From a virus (lineage: Duplodnaviria > Caudoviricetes): 50,830 bases of DNA. The stretch covers positions 1 through 50,830 of the IMG/VR virus record IMGVR_UViG_3300037521_000133. One strand, given 5' to 3'. A program made the translations under genes and the position numbers. The notes beneath the pieces were generated by a model that was given only the letters and a program-made list of their open reading frames with translations, searched no databases and was not told the origin of the DNA. The number at the start of each line of letters is the position of its first letter. Within the stretch, counting starts at the first letter, position 1. Of this stretch, positions 1 to 7,672 are shown piece after piece.

Positions 1-118
1 AAAAAGATTAACTAAATTATCCTATCTTTACGGTGTGTCTGGAAGCACAAATAAGAACTTTACAAATTCCCTCGATTAAGTGGTCTTCCAGACGCTTGGT
101 TGGGGGTTTTGTGTTTAA
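1..118. repeat. Terminal direct repeat, left copy (circular assembly overlap)
   Basis: 1-118 is identical to 50713-50830; the holin ORF stop reads across the junction. Confidence 0.95.
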
Positions 119-128
119 ACAATTTATT
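23..128 (+). promoter_or_regulatory. Promoter plus two-hairpin kissing-loop leader, copy A
   Basis: TATCTTTA box at 23-30; small hairpin GTGT-CTGGAA-GCAC at 35-48; long G/U-rich hairpin at ~69-106 whose loop region CTTCCAGAC (85-93) is complementary to GTCTGGAAG (37-45). Confidence 0.65.
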
Positions 129-866
129 ATGACAAAAGAAGAAGTGTTAAAAGAATGTACAATTGAAGGAAACGTTGTAAAGCTTCCAGAAGGGCAACTA
201 GACAGGAAAGTATATTTAGAGGTTAAGAAATCTCTTGAATTAATTAATGGTAAATGGAAAGGGGGTAAAGTAATGGGATTTGTATTCCAAGAAGATCCGA
301 CAGAATTACTAGCTCAAGTTGCCAACGGTGAAAAACGAAACCTTAAAAAAGAGTATCAGTTTTTCGCAACACCTGATGAACTTGCTACTGAGTTGGTAGA
401 TTTAGCTAATATTGAATTCGGTGACTCTGTTTTAGAGCCTAGTGCGGGTCAAGGCGCAATTATTAAAGCCATAAGGAAACAGTTTCCAAATATCAGAATT
501 TGTGCAGTAGAGCTTATGGATATTAACAGAACCTTTTTAAAGAAGTTTGAAAACATAGAGTTGTTTGATGAAAAGGATTTTATGAACCATCCTGAACATT
601 GTACATACGACATCATTATAGCTAACCCACCATTCACAAAGAATCAGGATATAGACCACGTAATGAAAATGTATTCAATGCTTAACGATGGTGGCAGATT
701 AGTTTCAATTACATCTGAACATTGGGAGGGATCGACAAGAAAAAAAGAATCAGAATTTGAAGAGTTCCTGCATGTCAACGGTGCTGAGATAATCAATATT
801 GAAAAGGGTGCGTTTAAAGAAAGTGGAACTATGGTAGGTGGAAAAATAGTTGTTATAGACAAATAA
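129..866 (+). CDS. DNA N6-adenine methyltransferase
   Basis: QFFATP, motif I EPSAGQG, motif IV NPPF; ATG at 129 preferred over GTG at 33, which lies inside the leader RNA. Confidence 0.85.
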   Translation: MTKEEVLKECTIEGNVVKLPEGQLDRKVYLEVKKSLELINGKWKGGKVMGFVFQEDPTELLAQVANGEKRNLKKEYQFFATPDELATELVDLANIEFGDSVLEPSAGQGAIIKAIRKQFPNIRICAVELMDINRTFLKKFENIELFDEKDFMNHPEHCTYDIIIANPPFTKNQDIDHVMKMYSMLNDGGRLVSITSEHWEGSTRKKESEFEEFLHVNGAEIINIEKGAFKESGTMVGGKIVVIDK

Positions 867-908
867 ATCACTTAACCTATATCTTCAACACCACCACTAA
901 ACACAAAG

Positions 909-941
909 AAGCCCCTAGCGTAATAGTTAGGGGCTTTTTTG
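909..941 (+). terminator. Intrinsic terminator
   Basis: AAGCCCCTAGC-loop-GTTAGGGGCTT followed by a T run. Confidence 0.8.
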
Positions 942-951
942 TTTGATTCAG

Positions 952-1037
952 GTAAATTTTCCTGTTTTATTATATTTTTTCCTGTTTATTGGAAATTAAT
1001 ATGTAAGTTTGAAGTACCAAAAAACACAAAATGAAAA
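952..1037 (+). promoter_or_regulatory. Duplicated early promoter module, copy 1
   Basis: 952-1000 is identical to 6342-6390; two TTTTCCTGTTT direct repeats 20 bp apart; canonical -7 box TAAGTTTG at 1004-1011. Confidence 0.8.
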
Positions 1038-1477
1038 AAATAACATTAAAAGAATTAGCACCTTACTTGCCTTATGGGGCACAATATAAGAGCGGTTACG
1101 GGAATATAAGAAAGCTTAACCTTTCTAGCGTTGTAAAGTTATACGCTTACAAGAAGATAGATTGTAAGATAATCCTACGCCCTTTGTCGGATTTGACGAA
1201 GGGTAATCGCAGTGAAGAAGGTGACTCTTATCTTGATGAATTAGATCATATGTATGGAGACTGTGTGAGTACATTTGAGATATCTAAAAATAATGAGCTA
1301 TTATACTTTACTGCTAAAGACGAGGTGTCACAGACCGAAACACATACGTACACAGAGCGATCAATGCCGTGGTATTTAATGGAGTTCTTATTGCAACGTC
1401 ATTTCGACGTATTCGGACTTATCGACAAAGGACTAGCAATCGACATCAACACTTTATCCCAACCCTCACAGGATTAA
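1031..1477 (+). CDS. Hypothetical phage protein
   Basis: 148 aa ORF directly behind the promoter; LAPYLPYG...ILRPLSDL...HFDVFGLI pattern that I recall from Flavobacteria phage proteins. Confidence 0.75.
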   Translation: MKKITLKELAPYLPYGAQYKSGYGNIRKLNLSSVVKLYAYKKIDCKIILRPLSDLTKGNRSEEGDSYLDELDHMYGDCVSTFEISKNNELLYFTAKDEVSQTETHTYTERSMPWYLMEFLLQRHFDVFGLIDKGLAIDINTLSQPSQD

Positions 1478-1554
1478 ACCCCAATCAAGGAGTAAGTACA
1501 ACAATTTATTAATAAAGTTGCTTAGAGCGGCTTAAAACAATCAAATAAACGATT

Positions 1555-1968
1555 ATGGACAGAGAAATTAAGTTCCGAATGTGGGACATAGAAAATAAGC
1601 ACATGCACAACGATGTACAAAATGGATTAATGGCAGAAAAGGACGGTAAAATGGTTTTAGGTTGTTCGTTTGGAACTCTTTGTACTGATTCTGGAAATCA
1701 CATGATGCAATTTACAGGACTTAAAGACAAGAACGGTGCGGAAATATATGAGGGGGATATACTGAATGTAAAATTTGGTGATGGTGTAAACTCTTCTCGT
1801 CACGAACATAAAAACGTAGTTGTTTACTGGAATGCTGATCTTCGGTATTGCGTAAAAGGTGGGAACATATTATCCTATTCTTTTCCTACATCATTAATGG
1901 GGTATCATAAACCAGAGTATGAAGTAATCGGAAACATTCATGAAAACCCCGATTTGTTAACTAAGTAA
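1555..1968 (+). CDS. yopX: YopX family protein (paralog 1)
   Basis: [40 protein letters not shown]. Confidence 0.9.
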   Translation: MDREIKFRMWDIENKHMHNDVQNGLMAEKDGKMVLGCSFGTLCTDSGNHMMQFTGLKDKNGAEIYEGDILNVKFGDGVNSSRHEHKNVVVYWNADLRYCVKGGNILSYSFPTSLMGYHKPEYEVIGNIHENPDLLTK

Positions 1969-1975
1969 AATTCAT

Positions 1976-2098
1976 TACCTTCGTTCTGTTAGTTCTGCTG
2001 AAAGGCACGTCTCACGCTAACCAGACAATATAGATATTAGGGCTTAGGCTCAAATCAATATAGAAGGTTAAACACGTGAGACGGTTTAGCCTTTTTTT
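1976..2098 (+). promoter_or_regulatory. Promoter plus loop-loop leader ending in a terminator-like hairpin, divergent copy E
   Basis: TACCTTCG box at 1976-1983; CGTCTCACG (2008-2016) is complementary to loop CGTGAGACG (2075-2083) of hairpin AAGGTTAAAC/GTTTAGCCTT, which is followed by T7. Confidence 0.55.
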
Positions 2099-2104
2099 AT
2101 GAAC

Positions 2105-2216
2105 AACAATTAGCTTTATCCGATGGCAGGTGGAATCGGGGCGTGTGGTTGCTCATCTTAGTGAATAGCACGATTCAATACTAAGGTGGCGTGGTTCAAA
2201 TCCACAACTAATTGTT
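2105..2216 (+). ncRNA. Degenerate tRNA-like element
   Basis: AACAATTAG/CTAATTGTT closing stem; T-arm GTGG-TTCAAAT-CCAC; no canonical D or anticodon arm. Confidence 0.4.
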
Positions 2217-2450
2217 CGTTTGTAAAAGCAGACCTAACATTCAATGTTGGTCGGGAGAGATTACCAGTAGCTTCATTGAATTATGTGTTACTATGGGGTC
2301 AAACAAAGCACAAACGATAGTATAAGGGTTGAAGTCGTAAGATTTGGTCGGAAGGTAATTTCCGTAACAGTTGCAACCAAGGTGAAGAACATTACTGTTT
2401 ACTTCATCCAATTGAAACGAGGGTGACGCTTACGTGTAAGTAAGGTTACA
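2216..2450 (+). ncRNA. Candidate structured non-coding RNA
   Basis: No ORF in the track; several nested stems (TCGTTTGT/ACAAACGA, AACAT-TCA-ATGTT, GTGAAG/CTTCAT, CTTAC/GTAAG). Confidence 0.35.
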
Positions 2451-2553
2451 GTAAGAGTAAGAGAGGTTTAAAAGAGTTTGAAATAAAAGTTGTTTAGTTG
2501 TCTAACAACCACAGACAACCAAAATAAATAGGTTTAATTAAAAAAAAAGAGTT

Positions 2554-3144
2554 ATGAAATTAGTAATGATCGGTGTTCAGCTTCAAGACCTTAATCGTGT
2601 GTCTCTGAGCGAGAAAAATGTAGATATTTTAAGAAAGTTAGAGCATTTATTACTCGCTTTAAAGGATGAAAATCCAATAACTTTAACCGAGGCATATTTA
2701 ACAGCTATTAGTTTCGAAAATATTGAGCTCGGTATTATACGCTGTCCTACAACTCACAAGCTATATCCTGTTAGAATTGAACATGAAAACACCGAGTTAA
2801 AAGAAACCTCCGTAGAACTGAATAGAGAGGATTTAGAGAGGATTCATATTTTAATAAAAGTCGCAAACCCAGCATTCGAGCCAAATAAAGCTGAATGTAA
2901 CGATCTTAACATCCACGCTTTTATTGATAGGTACATTGATGAATTACCTAAAGAATGGAGAACAGCACTTGATATGCGTATAGCTATGAAAAATTCAATG
3001 TTAGAGGCTTTATCTAATCCAAGGAAATTCTTGTCACCCGTTAAAAACATGTTTGATGGAATTAAACCATTAGAAGGAGAGGAGCTCAGAATTATGAATG
3101 AATTCACAGATAGAATAATCGAGAAGCCTAAAAATAGAAAATAG
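2554..3144 (+). CDS. Hypothetical protein
   Basis: 196 aa ORF with A-rich start context, flanked by imperfect direct repeats. Confidence 0.7.
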   Translation: MKLVMIGVQLQDLNRVSLSEKNVDILRKLEHLLLALKDENPITLTEAYLTAISFENIELGIIRCPTTHKLYPVRIEHENTELKETSVELNREDLERIHILIKVANPAFEPNKAECNDLNIHAFIDRYIDELPKEWRTALDMRIAMKNSMLEALSNPRKFLSPVKNMFDGIKPLEGEELRIMNEFTDRIIEKPKNRK

Positions 3145-3182
3145 TAAGAGTAAAGAGGTTAGAAACATTTAAAACAAACAGC

Positions 3183-3662
3183 ATGAACAAGAAATTAATA
3201 TTAGACGCATGTTGTAGTGGTCGAATGTTTTGGTTTGACAAAGAACATCCAAATGTTACTTACATGGATATTCGAAAAGAGTCAGCTGGTTTTATTCCAG
3301 AACAGCCACTATTTACAATTGCCCCTGACGTTGTTGCCGACTTTACAAATATGCCATTTTTAGACAGCAGCTTTAAAATGGTTGTATTTGATCCACCGCA
3401 TGCAAAAATTGGATTAACAGGAATTCTAGGAAAGAAGTACGGAACTTTACCGACAGATTGGGAATCCATGTTAAAAGATGGTTTTTCTGAGTGCTGGAGA
3501 GTCTTAGAAGATTTCGGGGTGTTAATATTCAAATGGAACAGTAAAACGCTTCCATTGTCACGCATAAGCCATACGTTCCCTTCTAATCCTTTGTTTGGGC
3601 ATACGACAGCAAAGAGCGGAAGTACTATATGGGTAACTTTCATGAAAATACCTACCTTGTAA
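3183..3662 (+). CDS. Small phage SAM-dependent (DNA) methyltransferase
   Basis: ILDACCSGRMFWFDK motif I-like; VVFDPPH catalytic-like motif; LIFKW. Confidence 0.8.
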   Translation: MNKKLILDACCSGRMFWFDKEHPNVTYMDIRKESAGFIPEQPLFTIAPDVVADFTNMPFLDSSFKMVVFDPPHAKIGLTGILGKKYGTLPTDWESMLKDGFSECWRVLEDFGVLIFKWNSKTLPLSRISHTFPSNPLFGHTTAKSGSTIWVTFMKIPTL

Positions 3663-3670
3663 AAAAAACC

Positions 3671-3931
3671 ATGTCGATCAAAACGAAAATCACAGACTGC
3701 AATATAGGCGAGAACTACTATCAGCTTAAATTGGTAAGCGACCACAAGAAGGTTAATGAACACGCCAAAGAGTGGGAGCAACGCCAAATAGACTCTTACA
3801 CGGTAGTTGTTGAAGAAAAGACGTATGTTATTCAGAAGTGTTTTAAACAGTCTAACATTCAATCTAGGGCTACTGAGCTTTCGAGTGAAGATGTGACGGA
3901 TGAGATTAAAGCGATTTTGGGAATTGTTTAA
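3671..3931 (+). CDS. Hypothetical protein
   Basis: ORF continues the operon; ATG at 3671 follows an A-rich tract. Confidence 0.6.
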   Translation: MSIKTKITDCNIGENYYQLKLVSDHKKVNEHAKEWEQRQIDSYTVVVEEKTYVIQKCFKQSNIQSRATELSSEDVTDEIKAILGIV

Positions 3932-3981
3932 TGTGTATATTTGGGATGGCACTTTTGCCACATACATAAATATATACATAC

Positions 3982-4275
3982 ATGTACACACTAAGAAGAG
4001 TAACCTCTACGGGGGTTGCAATGAACCATTCGTTAGGAAATGAATACACGTTTATCGGTCGAGCGTATTCATACGAAGAATTCAAAAGAACGTTCAAAGA
4101 GTATTTCGACAAGGATCACGTTGCAGATTTGGACAAAAAAAGCGATAAGGAAACAAAGAATGTTTTTGGTTTCGTTGCTGGTAGAGGTGGTTCTTACATT
4201 CAACCGCTTTATAGCAATCAAACAAACTTTATCGTTACAGAAAACGGTAGAACGCTGGAGAGATTGAAAATTTAA
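3982..4275 (+). CDS. Hypothetical protein
   Basis: 97 aa ORF; canonical TATATTTG box upstream at ~3936. Confidence 0.65.
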   Translation: MYTLRRVTSTGVAMNHSLGNEYTFIGRAYSYEEFKRTFKEYFDKDHVADLDKKSDKETKNVFGFVAGRGGSYIQPLYSNQTNFIVTENGRTLERLKI

Positions 4276-4289
4276 TTACAGTTAAAACA

Positions 4290-4328
4290 AAGAAAGCCCT
4301 GCTATTTGCTTAGTGGGGCTTTTTCTTT
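4290..4328. terminator. Bidirectional terminator between convergent operons
   Basis: AAGAAAGCCCTGCTA/TAGTGGGGCTTTTTCTT hairpin with A and T tails. Confidence 0.7.
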
Positions 4329-4678
4329 AAAGCTCTATCACTATAATCTCTACTAACACCGTTTCCGCATTTCCAACAAGTTTTATTTCCTTCTTTTGGT
4401 CTGGTGGATTTCGCAGTATCATGTCCACACTTTTCACAAGGCTTGTACCAAATGTCATAATCTCCTAACGTTCTTCCTCGCATAACATCGATGAAACCCT
4501 TCGATTCTTCTTCGTTCAAATGTGTTTTACCTATCGTTTTGACGAAATCACTAATCTCTTCTCTCATTTCAATTAAATCAGAATCATCTTCTGGTAAAAA
4601 TGGAGGCTTGCATTCTTGACACGATGCCATGTTGTTGCCGTGTATGCACATTCCGTAAACTATATCTATTTTACTCAT
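4310..4678 (-). CDS. Zn-ribbon hypothetical protein
   Basis: CIH...CQEC and CEKCG...CWKCG pairs. Confidence 0.7.
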   Translation of the reverse strand: MSKIDIVYGMCIHGNNMASCQECKPPFLPEDDSDLIEMREEISDFVKTIGKTHLNEEESKGFIDVMRGRTLGDYDIWYKPCEKCGHDTAKSTRPKEGNKTCWKCGNGVSRDYSDRALKKKPH

Positions 4679-4680
4679 AA

Positions 4681-4944
4681 CTACTTCTTTTTATCTCGTG
4701 AATACCAAACCAATGTGATTAACCTCTGATCTTCGTCACGTTTTAGCATTGTTATTAAATCCGACTTGTAAACCTTCATGTTGTACCGTGTAATGCGCTT
4801 GTCTTTTCTTGGTGAACATTTGACCTCTGCAACATGGTAAACGCTGTTAGATTGCTTCTTTCCTATCGCTATGAGGAAATCGTCAACCTCGACTCCCTCA
4901 TCCCAACTAGGCATATCGATGTATAGTGATTTAAGCTCATCCAT
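4681..4944 (-). CDS. Hypothetical protein
   Basis: Tightly packed in the minus-strand operon. Confidence 0.65.
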   Translation of the reverse strand: MDELKSLYIDMPSWDEGVEVDDFLIAIGKKQSNSVYHVAEVKCSPRKDKRITRYNMKVYKSDLITMLKRDEDQRLITLVWYSRDKKK

Positions 4945-4948
4945 TTTG

Positions 4949-5086
4949 CTACTGATCAGGAAAATCTAGTTGTCCATTTTCATACATCTCATGTACAAAG
5001 TTTGGCGGTATTCCGAGACTATCCGCAATATCAATTAACTCTCTCTTTTGCTGTTTTGTTAAGTCGTCCCAATTTCTATTTTTCAT
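4949..5086 (-). CDS. Small hypothetical protein (45 aa, not in ORF track)
   Basis: MKNRNWDDLTKQQKRELIDIADSLG...; fills the operon gap. Confidence 0.55.
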   Translation of the reverse strand: MKNRNWDDLTKQQKRELIDIADSLGIPPNFVHEMYENGQLDFPDQ

Positions 5087-5097
5087 GGTTATTACTG

Positions 5098-5388
5098 TTA
5101 ATGGGTTGATGGTTCGGTTACTTCGTATTCAAATGTTCGTTCATCAGTCTTTTCGAATTTCGTGAAATAACTTGTAAAGTGAGACGACATGGTGTCCTCC
5201 TTTTTAATCAATTCTTTTCGTTTAGCTTCTGATATTGACACCCTCAAGAAGCCAGTGCAAAATGATTTTATCACATGGTCACTATAATCAACCTCTGAGT
5301 TGTTCACTATTCGGTAACGAAAATAACTGTCTCCGTACGCTCTTCTTTGTCCCGATTCTAAGACTTCTACATCAAACTTGTATTCCAT
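5098..5388 (-). CDS. Hypothetical protein
   Basis: ATG at 5388 follows leader D in TTATTATG context. Confidence 0.7.
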   Translation of the reverse strand: MEYKFDVEVLESGQRRAYGDSYFRYRIVNNSEVDYSDHVIKSFCTGFLRVSISEAKRKELIKKEDTMSSHFTSYFTKFEKTDERTFEYEVTEPSTH

Positions 5389-5514
5389 AATAAATATTTT
5401 ACACACAATACCCCCACTAGGTAGCCGACTAGGAGTGGCATTCCACCGTGGGGATATTGTGCTTTTCTTAAAATTCTTTGTGAGTTCCTAGTCCACTTAA
5501 GATGCGGCAATATA
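5389..5514 (-). promoter_or_regulatory. Promoter plus kissing-loop leader, copy D
   Basis: Minus strand: TATATTGC...AAGTGG-ACTAGGAAC-TCACAAA...long stem-GAATGCC-ACTCCTAGTC-GGCTAC-stem. Confidence 0.75.
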
Positions 5515-5567
5515 CAATTAAAAACTAAAACACCAACTTTTCGTACTTTAGCTGAAACTATTTAATC

Positions 5568-6230
5568 ATGAAAGAATCAGTTAAAAAACTTCAAACAATA
5601 TTAGTTGAACAGGGATACGACCTTGGAGCCTATGGAATAAACAAAGACGGAATAGATGGAAGTGCAGGAAAGCTAACTCGTGATGCTGCTTTTCATTGGG
5701 CTAAAAAGACAACCGAAGCGTTAGGACTTCGCCATTGTCACAACAATATGGTTGAATTGAGAATGTCGGGGGAGTTCACTGATAGGTTTTCGGATCTAAA
5801 CTTGATCATTTCCACAAACAAATGCGTGGCTATAATTCCTTGGACAACGAAAGCTGGTCGATATTGGGTGAATAATCCTTTAACCGTAGGAGGCATTACA
5901 GGAACGGGGGTTGTAAAGGAGGGGCAAATGCTCGATTCTTACATTTTCCACGACTCAGGTAAACGCAAGTGGGGTAACAGGGGGTATTTTAAACAAGTTA
6001 AGCCGATCAACGTTTACAGGGACGGAAACAAAGATAACACTCTCGACAAGGATGTTGTTAAAGTTGCACCGTCATGGTACGGATTTCAAATTCATCCGAT
6101 GGGCAAAGGGTATAGAATATGGAATTGGAGTTCTGGATGTCGAGGTTGTTCAAAAGCACTTTGGGAGCAGTACATTCTACGTTATTTCAAGAACGGTCAG
6201 GTAATCTCACCTATCATACTTGAAATTTAA
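5568..6230 (+). CDS. Cell-wall enzyme: peptidoglycan-binding domain plus L,D-transpeptidase-like (His/Cys) domain; putative endolysin
   Basis: VKKLQTILVEQGY...DGIDGSAGKLTRDA resembles PG_binding_1; IH-x-WSSGC resembles the YkuD catalytic motif; YRDGNKD. Confidence 0.65.
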   Translation: MKESVKKLQTILVEQGYDLGAYGINKDGIDGSAGKLTRDAAFHWAKKTTEALGLRHCHNNMVELRMSGEFTDRFSDLNLIISTNKCVAIIPWTTKAGRYWVNNPLTVGGITGTGVVKEGQMLDSYIFHDSGKRKWGNRGYFKQVKPINVYRDGNKDNTLDKDVVKVAPSWYGFQIHPMGKGYRIWNWSSGCRGCSKALWEQYILRYFKNGQVISPIILEI

Positions 6231-6231
6231 C

Positions 6232-6330
6232 TACATTCGTAATTCGAAATGTTAATTGTCACTCCAGTGATATTTTCGTTTTGGTTCTTTGGTAGAACAT
6301 AAAAACCCTCGATTCATTCGGGGGTTTTTT
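6232..6330 (+). ncRNA. Candidate antisense small RNA (own promoter box and terminator)
   Basis: TACATTCG at 6232-6239; 6273-6294 is complementary to 6405-6427 and 1015-1037; terminator at 6301-6330. Confidence 0.55.
6301..6330 (+). terminator. Intrinsic terminator
   Basis: AAAAACCCTCGA-TTCAT-TCGGGGGTTTTTT. Confidence 0.8.
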
Positions 6331-6341
6331 ATTGAATCTCT

Positions 6342-6427
6342 GTAAATTTTCCTGTTTTATTATATTTTTTCCTGTTTATTGGAAATTAATGTGTATGTTT
6401 GAAGTACCAAAAGAAACAAAATGAAAA
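6342..6427 (+). promoter_or_regulatory. Duplicated early promoter module, copy 2
   Basis: Near-identical to 952-1037; -7 box TATGTTTG at 6394-6401. Confidence 0.8.
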
Positions 6428-6861
6428 AATTAAGAATCACAACAGGTGCTATCGAAGTAGAAGGAAGCACAGAAAAACAGTTAAAAATCAAAAGCGTTGA
6501 TGAAAAAAGAACAATCGCTTACATTCCGAGTTTGAATCCAGACGCTGAAGGTAATGTTGAGTTATTCGTTGATGCTCTCAATGTGGCTAATAAATACGAC
6601 TACACTCCATCCATGCTAATGGAGGAAAACAAAGTATTACAGGATAATGCAAAGGACACTTTCGAGGCTATGCAAGAAGTTCTACAATCAGATTTAGCAT
6701 TATCTGAGATTGTTTCCCAACGTAAGGTGTTCCTTTTCCATTTAAAAGAAGCTAGAGCAAGACTTATCGTAAATAATTCTGACGGTTTGGACGGTGTATA
6801 CAATGAGAATTGTGCCGATTCATCTTTTATCATACTCCTAGACACTTTAATTAATCCGTAG
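6421..6861 (+). CDS. Hypothetical early protein
   Basis: First ORF behind the duplicated promoter. Confidence 0.7.
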   Translation: MKKLRITTGAIEVEGSTEKQLKIKSVDEKRTIAYIPSLNPDAEGNVELFVDALNVANKYDYTPSMLMEENKVLQDNAKDTFEAMQEVLQSDLALSEIVSQRKVFLFHLKEARARLIVNNSDGLDGVYNENCADSSFIILLDTLINP

Positions 6862-6947
6862 TTCACTTGACATGCGCGGGTTGAACCTGAGCCCTGTTCT
6901 TTCGAGTTCAGGGTTTTAGTGCGTATAAACAATTAATTATAAACACA

Positions 6948-7361
6948 ATGGGATTAGAACAAATAAAGGTTACTTGCAACAGTAGTTTAACCACTACTAC
7001 ACACTTTAAAGACAAGGATAAAAACGAAATAATGGTAGAGATTTTTCTAACGACCAATTGTACGGTATCAAATAGAACCACTCTTTACAATTATAATATT
7101 CGTGTTCGTAAATTTAGATGTAGAAATTATACGTTCATAAAAGGTGGGAGTTGTAACAGTAAAGGCATGACAGGAACAATAATTGACAAGCAAACCTTTT
7201 ACGTTGCTATGCATAACCATTGGGATCAATTAAACCCACTTCGTAGATTCGGAAAGTCTTATGTAAATTCTAAAACAGTAGGGTTCACAGTTGACGAAAA
7301 GTCGCCAACCAAGTCAGATAGTTTCTATGCGTTAAGAGCTACTTACAAATCTTTTGGTTAA
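6948..7361 (+). CDS. Hypothetical protein
   Basis: 137 aa ORF in operon. Confidence 0.65.
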   Translation: MGLEQIKVTCNSSLTTTTHFKDKDKNEIMVEIFLTTNCTVSNRTTLYNYNIRVRKFRCRNYTFIKGGSCNSKGMTGTIIDKQTFYVAMHNHWDQLNPLRRFGKSYVNSKTVGFTVDEKSPTKSDSFYALRATYKSFG

Positions 7362-7363
7362 TC

Positions 7364-7615
7364 ATGGCAAATCTTAAACCATTATTCGAAGGGCTGAACG
7401 AAAAGCCAAATCAAAAAAGCGCATACGACAAAGTAGATATTCCTGTATTGAATGAGCGTTATCATGTATCATGGAGTAGTGATGCAGGAATGACTTTTAC
7501 TCTTGTGGATTTCGGTAATAAATACGCAACTATGGGATTCGTTAACAGAAAGAAGGTTTTTGCATGTCTGTTAAGCGATCTACGCCACACTAGAAAATCA
7601 GCAAAAACAGAGTAG
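7364..7615 (+). CDS. Hypothetical protein
   Basis: 83 aa ORF, 2 nt after the previous stop. Confidence 0.65.
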   Translation: MANLKPLFEGLNEKPNQKSAYDKVDIPVLNERYHVSWSSDAGMTFTLVDFGNKYATMGFVNRKKVFACLLSDLRHTRKSAKTE

Positions 7616-7672
7616 TATCAGTTCACGATGCGAGTACACACAAACCACGTAAAATCAAATAAATCAATAATT

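Noticed and set aside
898-907. TAAACACAAA after the first methyltransferase, complementary to TTTGTGTTTA in leader A
   Set aside because: Only 10 nt of A/T-rich sequence; likely chance
3260-3991. 243-aa minus-strand ORF and other antisense ORFs in the track (e.g. 11551-12042, 19480-19920, 39481-39930)
   Set aside because: Shadows of well-supported plus-strand genes, with no motifs or start context
6871-6926. GC-rich hairpin between 6421 and 6948 as a tRNA remnant or another kissing-loop leader
   Set aside because: It forms a stem (CCTGAGC/GTTCAGG) but has no T-arm, promoter box or complementary partner loop; at most a processing or stability hairpin
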